DNA from: a bacterium | GTDB lineage: Bacteria > Patescibacteriota > CPR2 > UBA1875 > CAIMLA01 | Length of the DNA stretch: 64,000 bases | Reading direction: 5' to 3' | NCBI GenBank assembly: GCA_037129835.1 | Contig: JBAXUE010000002.1 | Coordinates: 66,334-130,333, forward strand | Shown: one piece after another, positions 47,673-56,949 of the stretch | Layout: the number at the start of each line of letters is the position of its first letter | How positions within the stretch are numbered: position 1 is the stretch's first letter | Notes under the pieces: model-generated | Databases searched by the model: none | The model's input: only the letters and a program-made list of their open reading frames with translations | What the model was told of the DNA's origin: nothing | Translations under genes and position numbers: made by a program

Positions 47673-48554
47673 TTATTTTGCTACTTTGCCGTCGACTATC
47701 GTGATCGTACGAGTGCAGAGTTTGGCCACTTCTGGATTATGGGTAACAATTATAAATGTCTGCCCGTGCTGATTGAGTCGAACTATAAGATCCATTATTT
47801 CTTTGGTCATTTTGATATCTAGTTCTCCTGTAAGCTCATCACCAAATATAATTGCTGGTTTATTTACTAGAGAGCGAGCTATTGCTACTCTCTGCCGTTG
47901 ACCGCCCGAAAGTTCGTTTGGAGTGTGAGTAAGTCTATCTCCAAGCCCCACAAGCCTTAACGATTTTTCTGCAAGTGCCCTTCGTTCGTTTCTCGGAGTT
48001 TTTCCATAACGGAGTGGTAGCATCACATTTTCTATGGCTGTCAGCGTTGGAATCAGATTGAAAGATTGAAAGACAAAGCCGAGCTCGCTAGATCGGACTT
48101 CTGGTAGTTTGTTTTGACTAATTCCAGTAACATTGACGCCTCGTAGAAATATCTGCCCAGTCGTTGGCTCGTCTAGAAGGCCTAGCATATTTAAAAGAGT
48201 TGATTTCCCAGAACCAGATGGTCCCATAATAGCAACCATCTCCCCCTTTTTAATATCTATGTCCACGCCATTTAGGGCATGGACAACAACCCCTTTTTCA
48301 TTTTTGCCTTCTTTTATTTTTTTACCCGTTAGAAAATGATAAGTTTCGACGTATTTTTCTTTATCAAATAAATCTTGTGCTTTTTCTAGTCTTATCTCAA
48401 TTTCAGAAATTTTTTCAGTATTATTCTTTGAAACTGCTTTTTCATAAGCATGATGAAGTTTGTGGATTGCTTCCTGGGCCTTTATTGCCACCTTCTTATT
48501 CCCCATAATGTAAACCTTGCGAAGGTTATTAAGCTTTAGAATAGTATCGGCCAT
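47673..48554 (-). CDS. ABC transporter ATP-binding protein (FtsE/MacB/LolD-like) with unusual ~70-aa coiled insertion near N-terminus
   Basis: GPSGSGKSTLLNML Walker A, LSGGQRQRVAIARSL signature, and FGDELTGELD Walker B. Confidence 0.85.
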   Translation of the reverse strand: MADTILKLNNLRKVYIMGNKKVAIKAQEAIHKLHHAYEKAVSKNNTEKISEIEIRLEKAQDLFDKEKYVETYHFLTGKKIKEGKNEKGVVVHALNGVDIDIKKGEMVAIMGPSGSGKSTLLNMLGLLDEPTTGQIFLRGVNVTGISQNKLPEVRSSELGFVFQSFNLIPTLTAIENVMLPLRYGKTPRNERRALAEKSLRLVGLGDRLTHTPNELSGGQRQRVAIARSLVNKPAIIFGDELTGELDIKMTKEIMDLIVRLNQHGQTFIIVTHNPEVAKLCTRTITIVDGKVAK

Positions 48555-48556
48555 GA

Positions 48557-49711
48557 TTATTCCTCCCTCAGTGATTTAACAATACTGATTTTCACCGCAT
48601 AGTAAGCGGGGTAAATACCCGCAATTACGCCGATGGCGAGCGAGAATATCATTGAACCGATAAGTAACCTAGGAGTGAGTAAAAATATCTTGTCCCCAGT
48701 CTGCTCCATATAATAGTTCACTAAATATACAATAACAGCTCCAAGGGCTATCCCGATGGCGCCACCAAAAAATCCGATAACGCCAGCTTCTGTAAGATAT
48801 TCGAGTAATATATTGCGGTTTTTTGCCCCTAGAGCTTTCTTTATCCCTATTTCCTTAGTTCTTTCTGAAATTGACATCGTCATGGTATTGACTATTGATA
48901 GCGTGCCAACAAGAAGTGAGATGATACAAATTCCGTAAATAATTGAGTTAAAAGTTTGCATTGTAGATGCTATTTGGTCTTGAAATTGTTTCGGTCCAAG
49001 AGTATCAACGCCTTTGACCTCTTTCTTTATTTTTTCTGATAATTTATTTGGGTCTACACCTTTTTTAGGATAGGCAATAAAGCCATAAACCAGATCGTCT
49101 GGTTTCGTAGTATTTCTAAGTAATTCGGGTAATTCATTGTACATTATTTCTCTACCATCATGTAAAGAGACGGATATTTGAGTATCAGGTAGAGTGAAAG
49201 TTTTTTCGGCAATGCCAACAACTTCAAAATTTTTACCTCTAATTTTGATATTTTCTCCCACCTTGGCTTTTAGTTTTTTTACTAGGTCTGCGCCGACCAA
49301 TGCCTTGTTACGGTCTGAAGCAGTAATAGCTCGCCCACTAGTAAGTCTAATTTTAAAGCTTTCGTAATCGTTGGATTTTTCGTCAATGCTAATAATGTTT
49401 GCTAGTGGTCCAAGACTAGCAGTGATGTTATCACTAAGTAGTGAATAAGTTTCGGCCGCTACATATGCGACGCCATCGACTTTTTCTATTTCTTTTTTCT
49501 TATCAATCTTTAATGGGCTACTATATGTACTTATTTTGGCAGATATTTCTACTTTGTCCTTATAATATTCTGCCCCTCCATCTACAAGCAAACTCAGTTT
49601 CTCGGCGATAGCTCCCATAACCACAAGGGCCAGGATACCGATGGCGATACCAAAAACCGTCAGTAGTGTTCTGGTTTTTCGTCTCCACATATTTTTTAAG
49701 ATTTCAAACAT
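48557..49711 (-). CDS. ABC transporter permease of the FtsX/MacB/LolC family
   Basis: N-terminal TM helix, large extracytoplasmic domain, and a C-terminal 3-TM FtsX domain (…LGAKNRNILLEYLTEAGVIGFFGG…). Confidence 0.8.
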   Translation of the reverse strand: MFEILKNMWRRKTRTLLTVFGIAIGILALVVMGAIAEKLSLLVDGGAEYYKDKVEISAKISTYSSPLKIDKKKEIEKVDGVAYVAAETYSLLSDNITASLGPLANIISIDEKSNDYESFKIRLTSGRAITASDRNKALVGADLVKKLKAKVGENIKIRGKNFEVVGIAEKTFTLPDTQISVSLHDGREIMYNELPELLRNTTKPDDLVYGFIAYPKKGVDPNKLSEKIKKEVKGVDTLGPKQFQDQIASTMQTFNSIIYGICIISLLVGTLSIVNTMTMSISERTKEIGIKKALGAKNRNILLEYLTEAGVIGFFGGAIGIALGAVIVYLVNYYMEQTGDKIFLLTPRLLIGSMIFSLAIGVIAGIYPAYYAVKISIVKSLREE

Positions 49712-49761
49712 TTAATTCCTTATGATTATGAAAATATTTTAACATAATTATGAATGATAAA

Positions 49762-49816
49762 TAATAAAAAGAAAAGGCCCGCACTAGGGTAGGTGTGAAC
49801 CTTCTCTTTGCGGGCC
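49762..49816 (-). terminator. Intrinsic terminator (GGCCCGCA…TGCGGGCC 8-bp stem + TTTTCTTTTTATT) for GC-rich three-gene module
   Basis: Stem 49776-49783 pairs with 49809-49816. The U-tract on the - strand lies immediately 3' of the stem. Confidence 0.55.
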
Positions 49817-49828
49817 GTTGTGTCTTGT

Positions 49829-50191
49829 TTAGAACAGGGAGGGCTGGTCTTTCCCAGCAGCATCAGACGTATCTGATACTTGCAGTTTGTCGATAGGTCC
49901 CTTTGGAAACCTCTCGACAAACTCCTCGAGATTACTGTCTTGCACCAACCAGCTCTGTTCTATCTTGCGATTGAACTTCCTACTCAGTGCATTGCTGATG
50001 ATGTGTGAGAAGTTCACAGTAGTAGTGAACTCCCGGGGACGAGCGTGCCACGCGTCGTGTTGCTTCTGCGTGACATAGATACCGACACTCAAGCCGGCGA
50101 CCTTGAATACCCCGATGTAGGGGCAATTGGGTCTGGTGACCTTCATTTTTGTTACATCTGTAGTGCTAGTGCGTTTGGCCAAGCCAAACAC
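49829..50191 (-). CDS. Hypothetical 120-aa protein (GC-rich island B)
   Basis: ORF with 5-nt gap to the upstream gene. No motif. Confidence 0.4.
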   Translation of the reverse strand: MFGLAKRTSTTDVTKMKVTRPNCPYIGVFKVAGLSVGIYVTQKQHDAWHARPREFTTTVNFSHIISNALSRKFNRKIEQSWLVQDSNLEEFVERFPKGPIDKLQVSDTSDAAGKDQPSLF

Positions 50192-50196
50192 CCCCT

Positions 50197-50550
50197 TCAG
50201 TTTAGTGAGATGTACAGGTCGGTTCTTGCTCTTTCAGGTTCGTGCCGGGCTGCCATAAAGAGTAAAACAATCGCTCTTCTGCTGGCCAAAACCAGTGTTT
50301 CAGGATCTTTGGTTGTTGGGCCGAAGCAACCGCTTTCGATGTACTCGATCTGATCGCCGATAATCTCAGCAATCGTGATCATGTCATCGGGCACTTGATA
50401 ATGTGCCGCGAAGTTTAGTACCGCCTCTCTTTGGACAGAAGCCGTTAACAGTACAGTAATACTGAGTTCAGGCTCGAGACCTAGATCTTCACAGCGTTGA
50501 ACTAGCATGTCTTGGACTGCCCCAAGTATTAGTGTGCTTAAAGCCGCCAT
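50197..50550 (-). CDS. Hypothetical ~118-aa protein (GC-rich island B); start re-assigned to MAALSTLILG
   Basis: SD GAGGGG lies 8 nt before the internal ATG. The longer annotated prefix would cover the promoter. Confidence 0.4.
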   Translation of the reverse strand: MAALSTLILGAVQDMLVQRCEDLGLEPELSITVLLTASVQREAVLNFAAHYQVPDDMITIAEIIGDQIEYIESGCFGPTTKDPETLVLASRRAIVLLFMAARHEPERARTDLYISLN

Positions 50551-50598
50551 TGACAATCCCCTCGTTTCTAGACGAATTGTGTAGGTACAATGTAAATT

Positions 50599-50627
50599 AC
50601 TATACCACTTTATGGTATATTTGTAAA
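50599..50627 (-). promoter_or_regulatory. Sigma-70-type promoter TTTACA-N17-TATAGT with ATACCAtaaagTGGTAT palindrome in spacer
   Basis: On the - strand: TTTACAaatataccataaagtggTATAGT. The 6-bp inverted repeat in the spacer is a candidate operator. Confidence 0.5.
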
Positions 50628-50635
50628 GCATGATT

Positions 50636-50667
50636 TACGCAAAAAACAGCCCTAAGTCGGGGCTGTT
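50636..50667 (-). terminator. Intrinsic terminator AACAGCCC-taagtcg-GGGCTGTT + TTTTTTGCG
   Basis: Verified 8-bp stem, and a T6 tract on the - strand directly after it. It terminates the 115-aa gene upstream. Confidence 0.6.
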
Positions 50668-50842
50668 TGTAATAAATTGCAGGTTGAGCCGCACTGTAGG
50701 GTAACAGTAGTGCGCGGCTTTGCCCATAGGCGAATCCTCTCTCATGAAGGGTTGTGGTATCTTACTTGAGTTATTGAGATTGACCTAATCCCAGAATCAA
50801 ACTGTTTCCAGTTACCCTTGATTCTGAGTGCAGAGTTTTGGG

Positions 50843-51190
50843 TTATCTTTTTTGGAAGAAGACTTTGCGACCAAGGTCCTGTGGTTTACAAACGGCCCAG
50901 AAAAGACTAAGTCCCATCTCGGATAAACCAAGAAGGTCATCTAGTAATTCTGGGTTATTCCATCGAACCTCTTTGCCGGCATACTTCTTGAGTAGTTCGT
51001 CGACGTCCCTGATATTTTGGTCTCTTTCGATTTCACGCCGTTGTTCTTCAAGGTCTACTAAGACCTCAATGTGATACCCATTACGCTGCAGAGCTTGTAA
51101 AAGAGCTAATTGAGTCATAAAGACTCCCTTCGTTTGACAGCACTTCGCAATATTGCGGAGTAACTGCATCATCACGTTGCCGCGACTCAT
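50843..51190 (-). CDS. Hypothetical 115-aa protein (GC-rich island B)
   Basis: ORF with charged helical composition. No motif. Confidence 0.4.
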   Translation of the reverse strand: MSRGNVMMQLLRNIAKCCQTKGVFMTQLALLQALQRNGYHIEVLVDLEEQRREIERDQNIRDVDELLKKYAGKEVRWNNPELLDDLLGLSEMGLSLFWAVCKPQDLGRKVFFQKR

Positions 51191-51268
51191 GTGCGGTATT
51201 ATACTCTTTTTTACCTATATGTCAAGATAATTTACTGTTACAAGTTTTTGTTATAGGAATAGGTTGCT

Positions 51269-53377
51269 TTAGTTGAATTTAACTTCTGCGACCTTTGAGA
51301 TATCGCTAAGTTTATGACCCTGAATCATCGAATCCGAAATTGTGTACAAAATGTCACCAATATATAAAATTCTAGATATTGTACTGTTGGCTGCATAGTC
51401 GTAAGAATAATTATTTTTTGAGTTTTCGTTAGTTGTTTTGTGTGTGATGCGATCGCGGAACTGGAATCCTTTTTCTAAGTCCACTTTGTAAACATAGGCT
51501 CCTTGGAAAGTATCCGTACCATATGTATTTGCCTCTGCCCCAGTACTCGCCTTTTGTTCTGGTGTTAGCTCGGCAAGAGATATTGGTAACGATAATAGGC
51601 TTTTTGCTTTATCAAACAGAAACGCCTTTGGGTCTGTAAGGACTGGTGAATCAGTCCCTCGGTCACCTATTACCGTCTTGAACATTTCTTTTGGATTGGT
51701 AACATCTGTAACATCAAATATAGCCATCTTTACGCCCTGGTACCAAGCGAAGTCCAAATTTCTGCTTTCGATCGCTTCGGTGGAGGCGTCGATAGCTTCT
51801 TTTCCGATGCCGATAATGTGGTTTTCGTCATATGGATGTAAATAGTCAGAGTATCCCGGTATCTTTAGGTATCCAAGAACAGCGGGTTTCTCGGGATCCT
51901 TAAGGTCAATAACATAAAAAGGATCTACTTTTTTGAAAGTGACAAGGTACCCTCTATCTCCCATAAATCTGGCGGAATATATCTCTTCTCCTGGCGCAAG
52001 ATCTTCTAGGGCGCCAACTTGTTTCATGTCACCATTAAAAACATAAATATTATTTGTCGATTTATTGACTGTATCAGTAATACTTCCCTTGGTAGCGGCT
52101 ACTCTAAAAAATCCATTGCTCTCGTCCATAGAATATTGATTAAGCGCACTACCCTCTATCGAAGCCGAACTAAGATATTCAGAATTGTTACCTACTAGTT
52201 TAAATTTGTGGAACTGTGTTTTTGAGACAGTGTTCCTGGTATAGTTTGTATAAATTGGTTGTTCAAGACTGGCAAGATACAGGTTTTGGCTGGATGCATA
52301 TACAATGTCTGAATTTCCGATAATTGTCCGTCTATTGATTTCCTTGGTTTCGTCTTTGATCGATAGACTCACAACACTTACAAAGGTGTTATTGGTCTTA
52401 TCTTCTATATTATTAACGTTTTTGAAATATTCCACATCGGCACAGCCACAAGTGGGTTTATAAACTGCTTTGGCAGAACCTTGAACATCAGAATATTTAG
52501 GAAGTAGAGATAGGGCATCTGTTTGGGGTGTAATGACATTATAATTTGGATATGTATTAAGAACTAAGTGAACATTGTCACCAATCATTCTGCCAGCACT
52601 ATAATTACCTTCATACTCAACACTTCTAGTGAGTTTTGGGTTTGTCTTATTGCTAGTATCCCAGATTTTGATAAAAGTATAGGTGGTAGAGGGATTATAG
52701 GGTTTTGTAAACCTTTCGATAATACTATTATTTGTAGAGGTCTCTTTTGTAACTGTTTTATTGCCGATGGCTAATAACCTATTTTTCGCGATAAATAATT
52801 GACTAACATTTCCATAATCGCTACCCGTATATTCTTCAGGCATTATAGAGGAAGGGCTAGCATCGGTATTGTTACTTTCTACTACCTTGATTGTTTTTAC
52901 AAGTTTGGCATCTTCGGCGGGATAAGCTTTAACGATGTCAATGTTACCTTGCCTGACAGTATAGATATATTCACCATCATTCTTAACAGTATCAGCTTCG
53001 TCAACTCCCTCAACTTGCACATTCGTTTTAGAATAATCACTACTACCTCCTGTAGTATCTGCGGTAGTGGCTTCACCGGCCTCTATACTCATGCCAAGCG
53101 GGGCATTAACGCCTATGTTTTTTGTTTGTACATCTCTTGCGAGCATTTTAGTAATATCTCCGCAGGATTTTGCAGTTCCAATGTACGTATTATTAACTTT
53201 GATAGCGCTTTTCGATGTATTTCTTACGCGATAATACCAGCCCAAGGCGATAATTGAAAATAAGAATATAATTGCTATAGATCCAAAGAAAATTTTCATA
53301 AAGACAGGGCTTTTGTAAAAATTATTTTTTATAGAGTCCTTTTTTGTTATATCCATATCATCTCCTTTAATATACAT
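51269..53377 (-). CDS. Secreted/membrane-anchored beta-propeller domain protein (Beta_propel-like)
   Basis: N-terminal TM/signal anchor. C-terminal region …YVFNGDMKQVGALEDLAPGEEIYSARFMGDRGYLVTFKKVDPFYVIDLKDPEKP… resembles the archaeal/Firmicutes beta-propeller family. Confidence 0.5.
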   Translation of the reverse strand: MYIKGDDMDITKKDSIKNNFYKSPVFMKIFFGSIAIIFLFSIIALGWYYRVRNTSKSAIKVNNTYIGTAKSCGDITKMLARDVQTKNIGVNAPLGMSIEAGEATTADTTGGSSDYSKTNVQVEGVDEADTVKNDGEYIYTVRQGNIDIVKAYPAEDAKLVKTIKVVESNNTDASPSSIMPEEYTGSDYGNVSQLFIAKNRLLAIGNKTVTKETSTNNSIIERFTKPYNPSTTYTFIKIWDTSNKTNPKLTRSVEYEGNYSAGRMIGDNVHLVLNTYPNYNVITPQTDALSLLPKYSDVQGSAKAVYKPTCGCADVEYFKNVNNIEDKTNNTFVSVVSLSIKDETKEINRRTIIGNSDIVYASSQNLYLASLEQPIYTNYTRNTVSKTQFHKFKLVGNNSEYLSSASIEGSALNQYSMDESNGFFRVAATKGSITDTVNKSTNNIYVFNGDMKQVGALEDLAPGEEIYSARFMGDRGYLVTFKKVDPFYVIDLKDPEKPAVLGYLKIPGYSDYLHPYDENHIIGIGKEAIDASTEAIESRNLDFAWYQGVKMAIFDVTDVTNPKEMFKTVIGDRGTDSPVLTDPKAFLFDKAKSLLSLPISLAELTPEQKASTGAEANTYGTDTFQGAYVYKVDLEKGFQFRDRITHKTTNENSKNNYSYDYAANSTISRILYIGDILYTISDSMIQGHKLSDISKVAEVKFN

Positions 53378-53397
53378 TATTATTAATACTTTACACT

Positions 53398-53871
53398 TTA
53401 CAATTTCTTTTGAAAAGTAACATCTGTTTCCGTAAGGCCCATTTTGGTATAAAAGTTTCTGCCAAAACTATTATTGTAAGACGCAGTAATAGTCATTAGA
53501 TTTGAATCTTGCGCTATGGCCCATTTTTCAATCATCGTATACAACTGTTCACCGATACCCATTCTGCGGTATTCTTTTTTGATGAAGGTGTTTTCAACTT
53601 CTGCTAATTTTAGGTCCTTTCGCATATGGTCGGGAGTTTCTGTCAAATGTGCAATCATGTACCCAATAATCTTTTCGTCAGTTTCAACTACAAGAACTAG
53701 CGAGTCGCTTATGTTTATTCTTTTTTCGAAATAGTCTCTACCCCACTGAGAATCTGGCCAGGCAACATCCAATGTATCGTCAAAAACATAATCGTGTTCA
53801 AATAGCGCGGTATTTAAGTTTACGATAGTATCGATATCTTTTGTTGTAGCTTTTCTTATATTGGTATTCAT
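53398..53871 (-). CDS. GNAT family N-acetyltransferase
   Basis: RRMGIGEQLYTMIEKWA acetyl-CoA binding motif. 157 aa. Confidence 0.8.
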   Translation of the reverse strand: MNTNIRKATTKDIDTIVNLNTALFEHDYVFDDTLDVAWPDSQWGRDYFEKRINISDSLVLVVETDEKIIGYMIAHLTETPDHMRKDLKLAEVENTFIKKEYRRMGIGEQLYTMIEKWAIAQDSNLMTITASYNNSFGRNFYTKMGLTETDVTFQKKL

Positions 53872-54007
53872 ATAAAAATCCGTTAGTAGACCATTTTATA
53901 GGTTATTCTAACCTAACTTCGAGATAATGCAAAATTACGTTTTTTTTGTATAATTAATAAGCTCAAAATATTATCTATCCGAGAGCACAAATAAATATAT
54001 TATAGTA

Positions 54008-54109
54008 TTATTTCTCGGCTTGAACTGAAGAAGTAATTTGAATACCTTTAGGCTTTTTTGCCTGCTTTGGTTTCTTGGTATTCTTTTGTGAATTTTTTCC
54101 TTTAGCCAT
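54008..54109 (-). CDS. Unlisted 33-aa basic small protein MAKGKNSQKNTKKPKQAKKPKGIQITSSVQAEK, coupled downstream of topA
   Basis: Perfect SD AAGGAGG with a 5-nt spacer before the ATG. Starts 17 nt after the topA stop. It is below the 60-aa cut-off of the ORF track. Confidence 0.4.
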   Translation of the reverse strand: MAKGKNSQKNTKKPKQAKKPKGIQITSSVQAEK

Positions 54110-54126
54110 TTTTCCTCCTTGTAGCA

Positions 54127-56289
54127 TTATACATTTTTATGTGGATTATGATTAGGACAATCTTTGCTAGAACAACGCTCTGGGATAGTTTTGGTCCCTT
54201 CCATCATCAGAGAGCCGCATTCTTTACATATATTACCTGTCGGTTTCGCTTTAATAGCGTATTTGCATTTTGGATAATTGTTACAAGAATAGAATATTCC
54301 GAAACGACCTTTTCTTTCAGCCATTTCACCTTTTTTGCAGACTGGGCACTTTACGCCAGTACCATTATCGATTACAGCCGTTTCGTCTTTTCTGATATAT
54401 TTGCATTTCGGATAATTTGAACAAGAAATGAATTTGCCGTATTTTCCCTCACGTTCAATAAGATCTCCGCCACATTCGGGGCAGGGTTCACCGATTGGTT
54501 TCGGCCCTTCCATCTCTTCGCCTTCCATAGTAAGTGCACCCTGGCATTCTGGATACTTGGAGCAACTAAGAAATTTACCGTTCTTCCCAAGCTTTATTAT
54601 CATACTACTTTTGCATTTTGGGCATTTGAATTTTGGATCCGCAGGTTCTGGTTTTACTGGTTCTTTGAGCTCTGTTTTTACTTTTTTGATAAATGGACCA
54701 TAAAATTCTGACAGTATTTGGACATACTTGGCTTTTCCGTTAGCTATAAGGTCAAGTTCATCTTCCATTTCAGCAGTAAAGGTGTCGCTGATGTATTCGG
54801 CAAAATATTTTTCAAGAAAGGTACTAACAACATCGCCGGTATCTGTAGGAATGAGTGTTCGACCCTCTTTTGTAACATAGCCACGATCTTCTAGTGTTTT
54901 CATAATGGAAGCATAAGTACTAGGTCTGCCGATACCTCTTTTCTCTAATTCCTTAATCAGGCCAGCTTCCGTGTATCTGGTTGGAGGTTCGGTCTGTTTG
55001 GCAGTAGTAACAAAATCTATCAGTGTTAGCTCGTCACCGATATTAACTTTTGGTAGGTTGACTTCTTCGCCTGCCACTGCCGGATCAGCTGAAAGCCAGC
55101 CGGCGAATAGTTGATGACTACCATTGGCTGTAAATAAAGGAAATTTGTTGTCATCGTAATACTTGGCAGTTATCTTGCTTCGAAGAAGTTTGGCATCAGC
55201 CATCTGACTTGCCACTGTTCTGCCCCATATCAGCTTGTAGAGTTTCTTTTGTTCGTCATTGTGACCAGCATTGTCATGTTCAAAATTTGTGGGACGGATT
55301 GCCTCATGAGCTTCCTGGGCATTTTTACTCGTAGTTTTGTATTTATGAGGGGATAAATATTCTTTGCCGTACTTACTCGTCACCACTTGGTTTATTTGTT
55401 CTAGCGCTGTCTCTGAAAGATTAGTACTATCGGTACGCATATAACTGATTAAACCTGCTTCATATAGTTTCTGTGCTACTCCCATGGTTCGTGATGGCGA
55501 GAATCCTAGTCTAGTGCTCGCTGTCTGCTGTAGTGTAGATGTAGTAAATGGTGGTTTTGGTGCTCTTTTTGCTTCTGTACTTGTGACATTGGCAACTATC
55601 CATTGTCCATTTTTGGCAACGGTTTCTATTTCGGTTAATCGTTCTATATTTTTTGGCTCTTCGGTACAGGTAAGCGAAAGATTATCTTTGCCCAGAGTCT
55701 TTGTTTCGGCAACTAGTGTCCAAAAATCTTCACTGACAAAAGCTCGTCTTTCTCTTTCTCTTTCCATAATAATTCTAAGTGCAGGAGATTGTACTCGGCC
55801 TGCAGATAGACCATATCGAACCTTTTTCCAGATGACTCCAGAAAGGTCATAGCCAACAAGACGGTCTAGGACACGCCTAGCCTGTTGTGCATCTACTAAG
55901 TCAATATTTATCTTGCGTGGATTATTGGCGGCATGTTCAACTGCGCTTTTGGTGATTTCATGAAATTCAATCCTGTCATAATCGCTTTCTTTTAGCTTCA
56001 ACGCTTGGGCCAAGTGCCACGAAATTGCTTCACCTTCACGATCAGGATCAGTCGCCAGTAGTACTTGGTCGGCTTTCACTGCTACCGCTCGTAGATCACT
56101 GATAATTTTTTTACCACGGGGAGTAATAATGTATTTTGGTTTAAACCCGTGTTCGATATCTACGGCGTCTTTATTGCTTTTTGGTAGATCTCGCACATGT
56201 CCAAAAGAAGCCATTACTTTGTGGCCTGGACCTAAATATTTTTCTATTGTCTTCCCTTTTGCGGGAGACTCTACAATTACAAGTTTCAT
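54127..56289 (-). CDS. topA: DNA topoisomerase I with C-terminal zinc-ribbon repeats
   Basis: Toprim start MKLVIVESPAKGKTIEKYLG. Active-site region GLISYMRTDS. Multiple C4 zinc ribbons at the C-terminus. Confidence 0.95.
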   Translation of the reverse strand: MKLVIVESPAKGKTIEKYLGPGHKVMASFGHVRDLPKSNKDAVDIEHGFKPKYIITPRGKKIISDLRAVAVKADQVLLATDPDREGEAISWHLAQALKLKESDYDRIEFHEITKSAVEHAANNPRKINIDLVDAQQARRVLDRLVGYDLSGVIWKKVRYGLSAGRVQSPALRIIMERERERRAFVSEDFWTLVAETKTLGKDNLSLTCTEEPKNIERLTEIETVAKNGQWIVANVTSTEAKRAPKPPFTTSTLQQTASTRLGFSPSRTMGVAQKLYEAGLISYMRTDSTNLSETALEQINQVVTSKYGKEYLSPHKYKTTSKNAQEAHEAIRPTNFEHDNAGHNDEQKKLYKLIWGRTVASQMADAKLLRSKITAKYYDDNKFPLFTANGSHQLFAGWLSADPAVAGEEVNLPKVNIGDELTLIDFVTTAKQTEPPTRYTEAGLIKELEKRGIGRPSTYASIMKTLEDRGYVTKEGRTLIPTDTGDVVSTFLEKYFAEYISDTFTAEMEDELDLIANGKAKYVQILSEFYGPFIKKVKTELKEPVKPEPADPKFKCPKCKSSMIIKLGKNGKFLSCSKYPECQGALTMEGEEMEGPKPIGEPCPECGGDLIEREGKYGKFISCSNYPKCKYIRKDETAVIDNGTGVKCPVCKKGEMAERKGRFGIFYSCNNYPKCKYAIKAKPTGNICKECGSLMMEGTKTIPERCSSKDCPNHNPHKNV

Positions 56290-56358
56290 AACTAAGTGTT
56301 AATGTTATTTTAATTAGTGCTATGTGTCAATCTTTTCCATTCATGGCTGCCGGTAAAG

Positions 56359-56931
56359 CTATTCTTTGTTTAGCCATGGAAACATTTTGACGAGCTCTAT
56401 GTTTCTTTCGTCATTTTTTTCTAACGAGGCAAGGTTAAATAGTTTTTCTTTGCCAAATTCGGACATGATCAAATTGACCATAGTTATACCCACTTGATAT
56501 TTATCACCGTTTTGGGTGTAGCTAAGTTTATTCAGTAACTGTATATTTATATCTTCTTGGGTCCAAGTACTACTTTGGCCAGCAACGTATCCGCAGACAC
56601 CTTCTATTAACCATCCTGGCGTATGCTTATTGCTGACAGGGCGTAAATATTTATGAACCAGTTCGTGTTTTAAAACTTTCTGAAATCTGATGTGACCTGG
56701 ATCCTTTTGCGGGGGCATTCCATTTGGACCAATAATGTAAATATGGTTTTGGGGAGAAAAGCCAACGAGGTAGTCTGGGGCTGGGATATCATCATTTCTG
56801 TTTTTGTCATAAAAAGTAATAATATCTTTTTGACTATCAAACAAAACAACGTCTATATCTTTTAGTGGTTTGGTGCCGAAAAAGTCTGCCACTTCCTGAT
56901 TGTACCTTTGGGCTAGATCGTTTGTATCCAT
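56359..56931 (-). CDS. Peptidase_MA_2-like putative zinc metallopeptidase, paralog of 20616-21254
   Basis: HELVHKY…GWLIEGVCGYVAGQ…VGITMVNLIMSEFGKEKL aligns with the first copy (HEMSHWY…IWFVEGLAEHMAGQ…WGILMVNKLVRDYGKDKL). Confidence 0.55.
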   Translation of the reverse strand: MDTNDLAQRYNQEVADFFGTKPLKDIDVVLFDSQKDIITFYDKNRNDDIPAPDYLVGFSPQNHIYIIGPNGMPPQKDPGHIRFQKVLKHELVHKYLRPVSNKHTPGWLIEGVCGYVAGQSSTWTQEDINIQLLNKLSYTQNGDKYQVGITMVNLIMSEFGKEKLFNLASLEKNDERNIELVKMFPWLNKE

Positions 56932-56949
56932 ATTATCTCCTTAAATATT

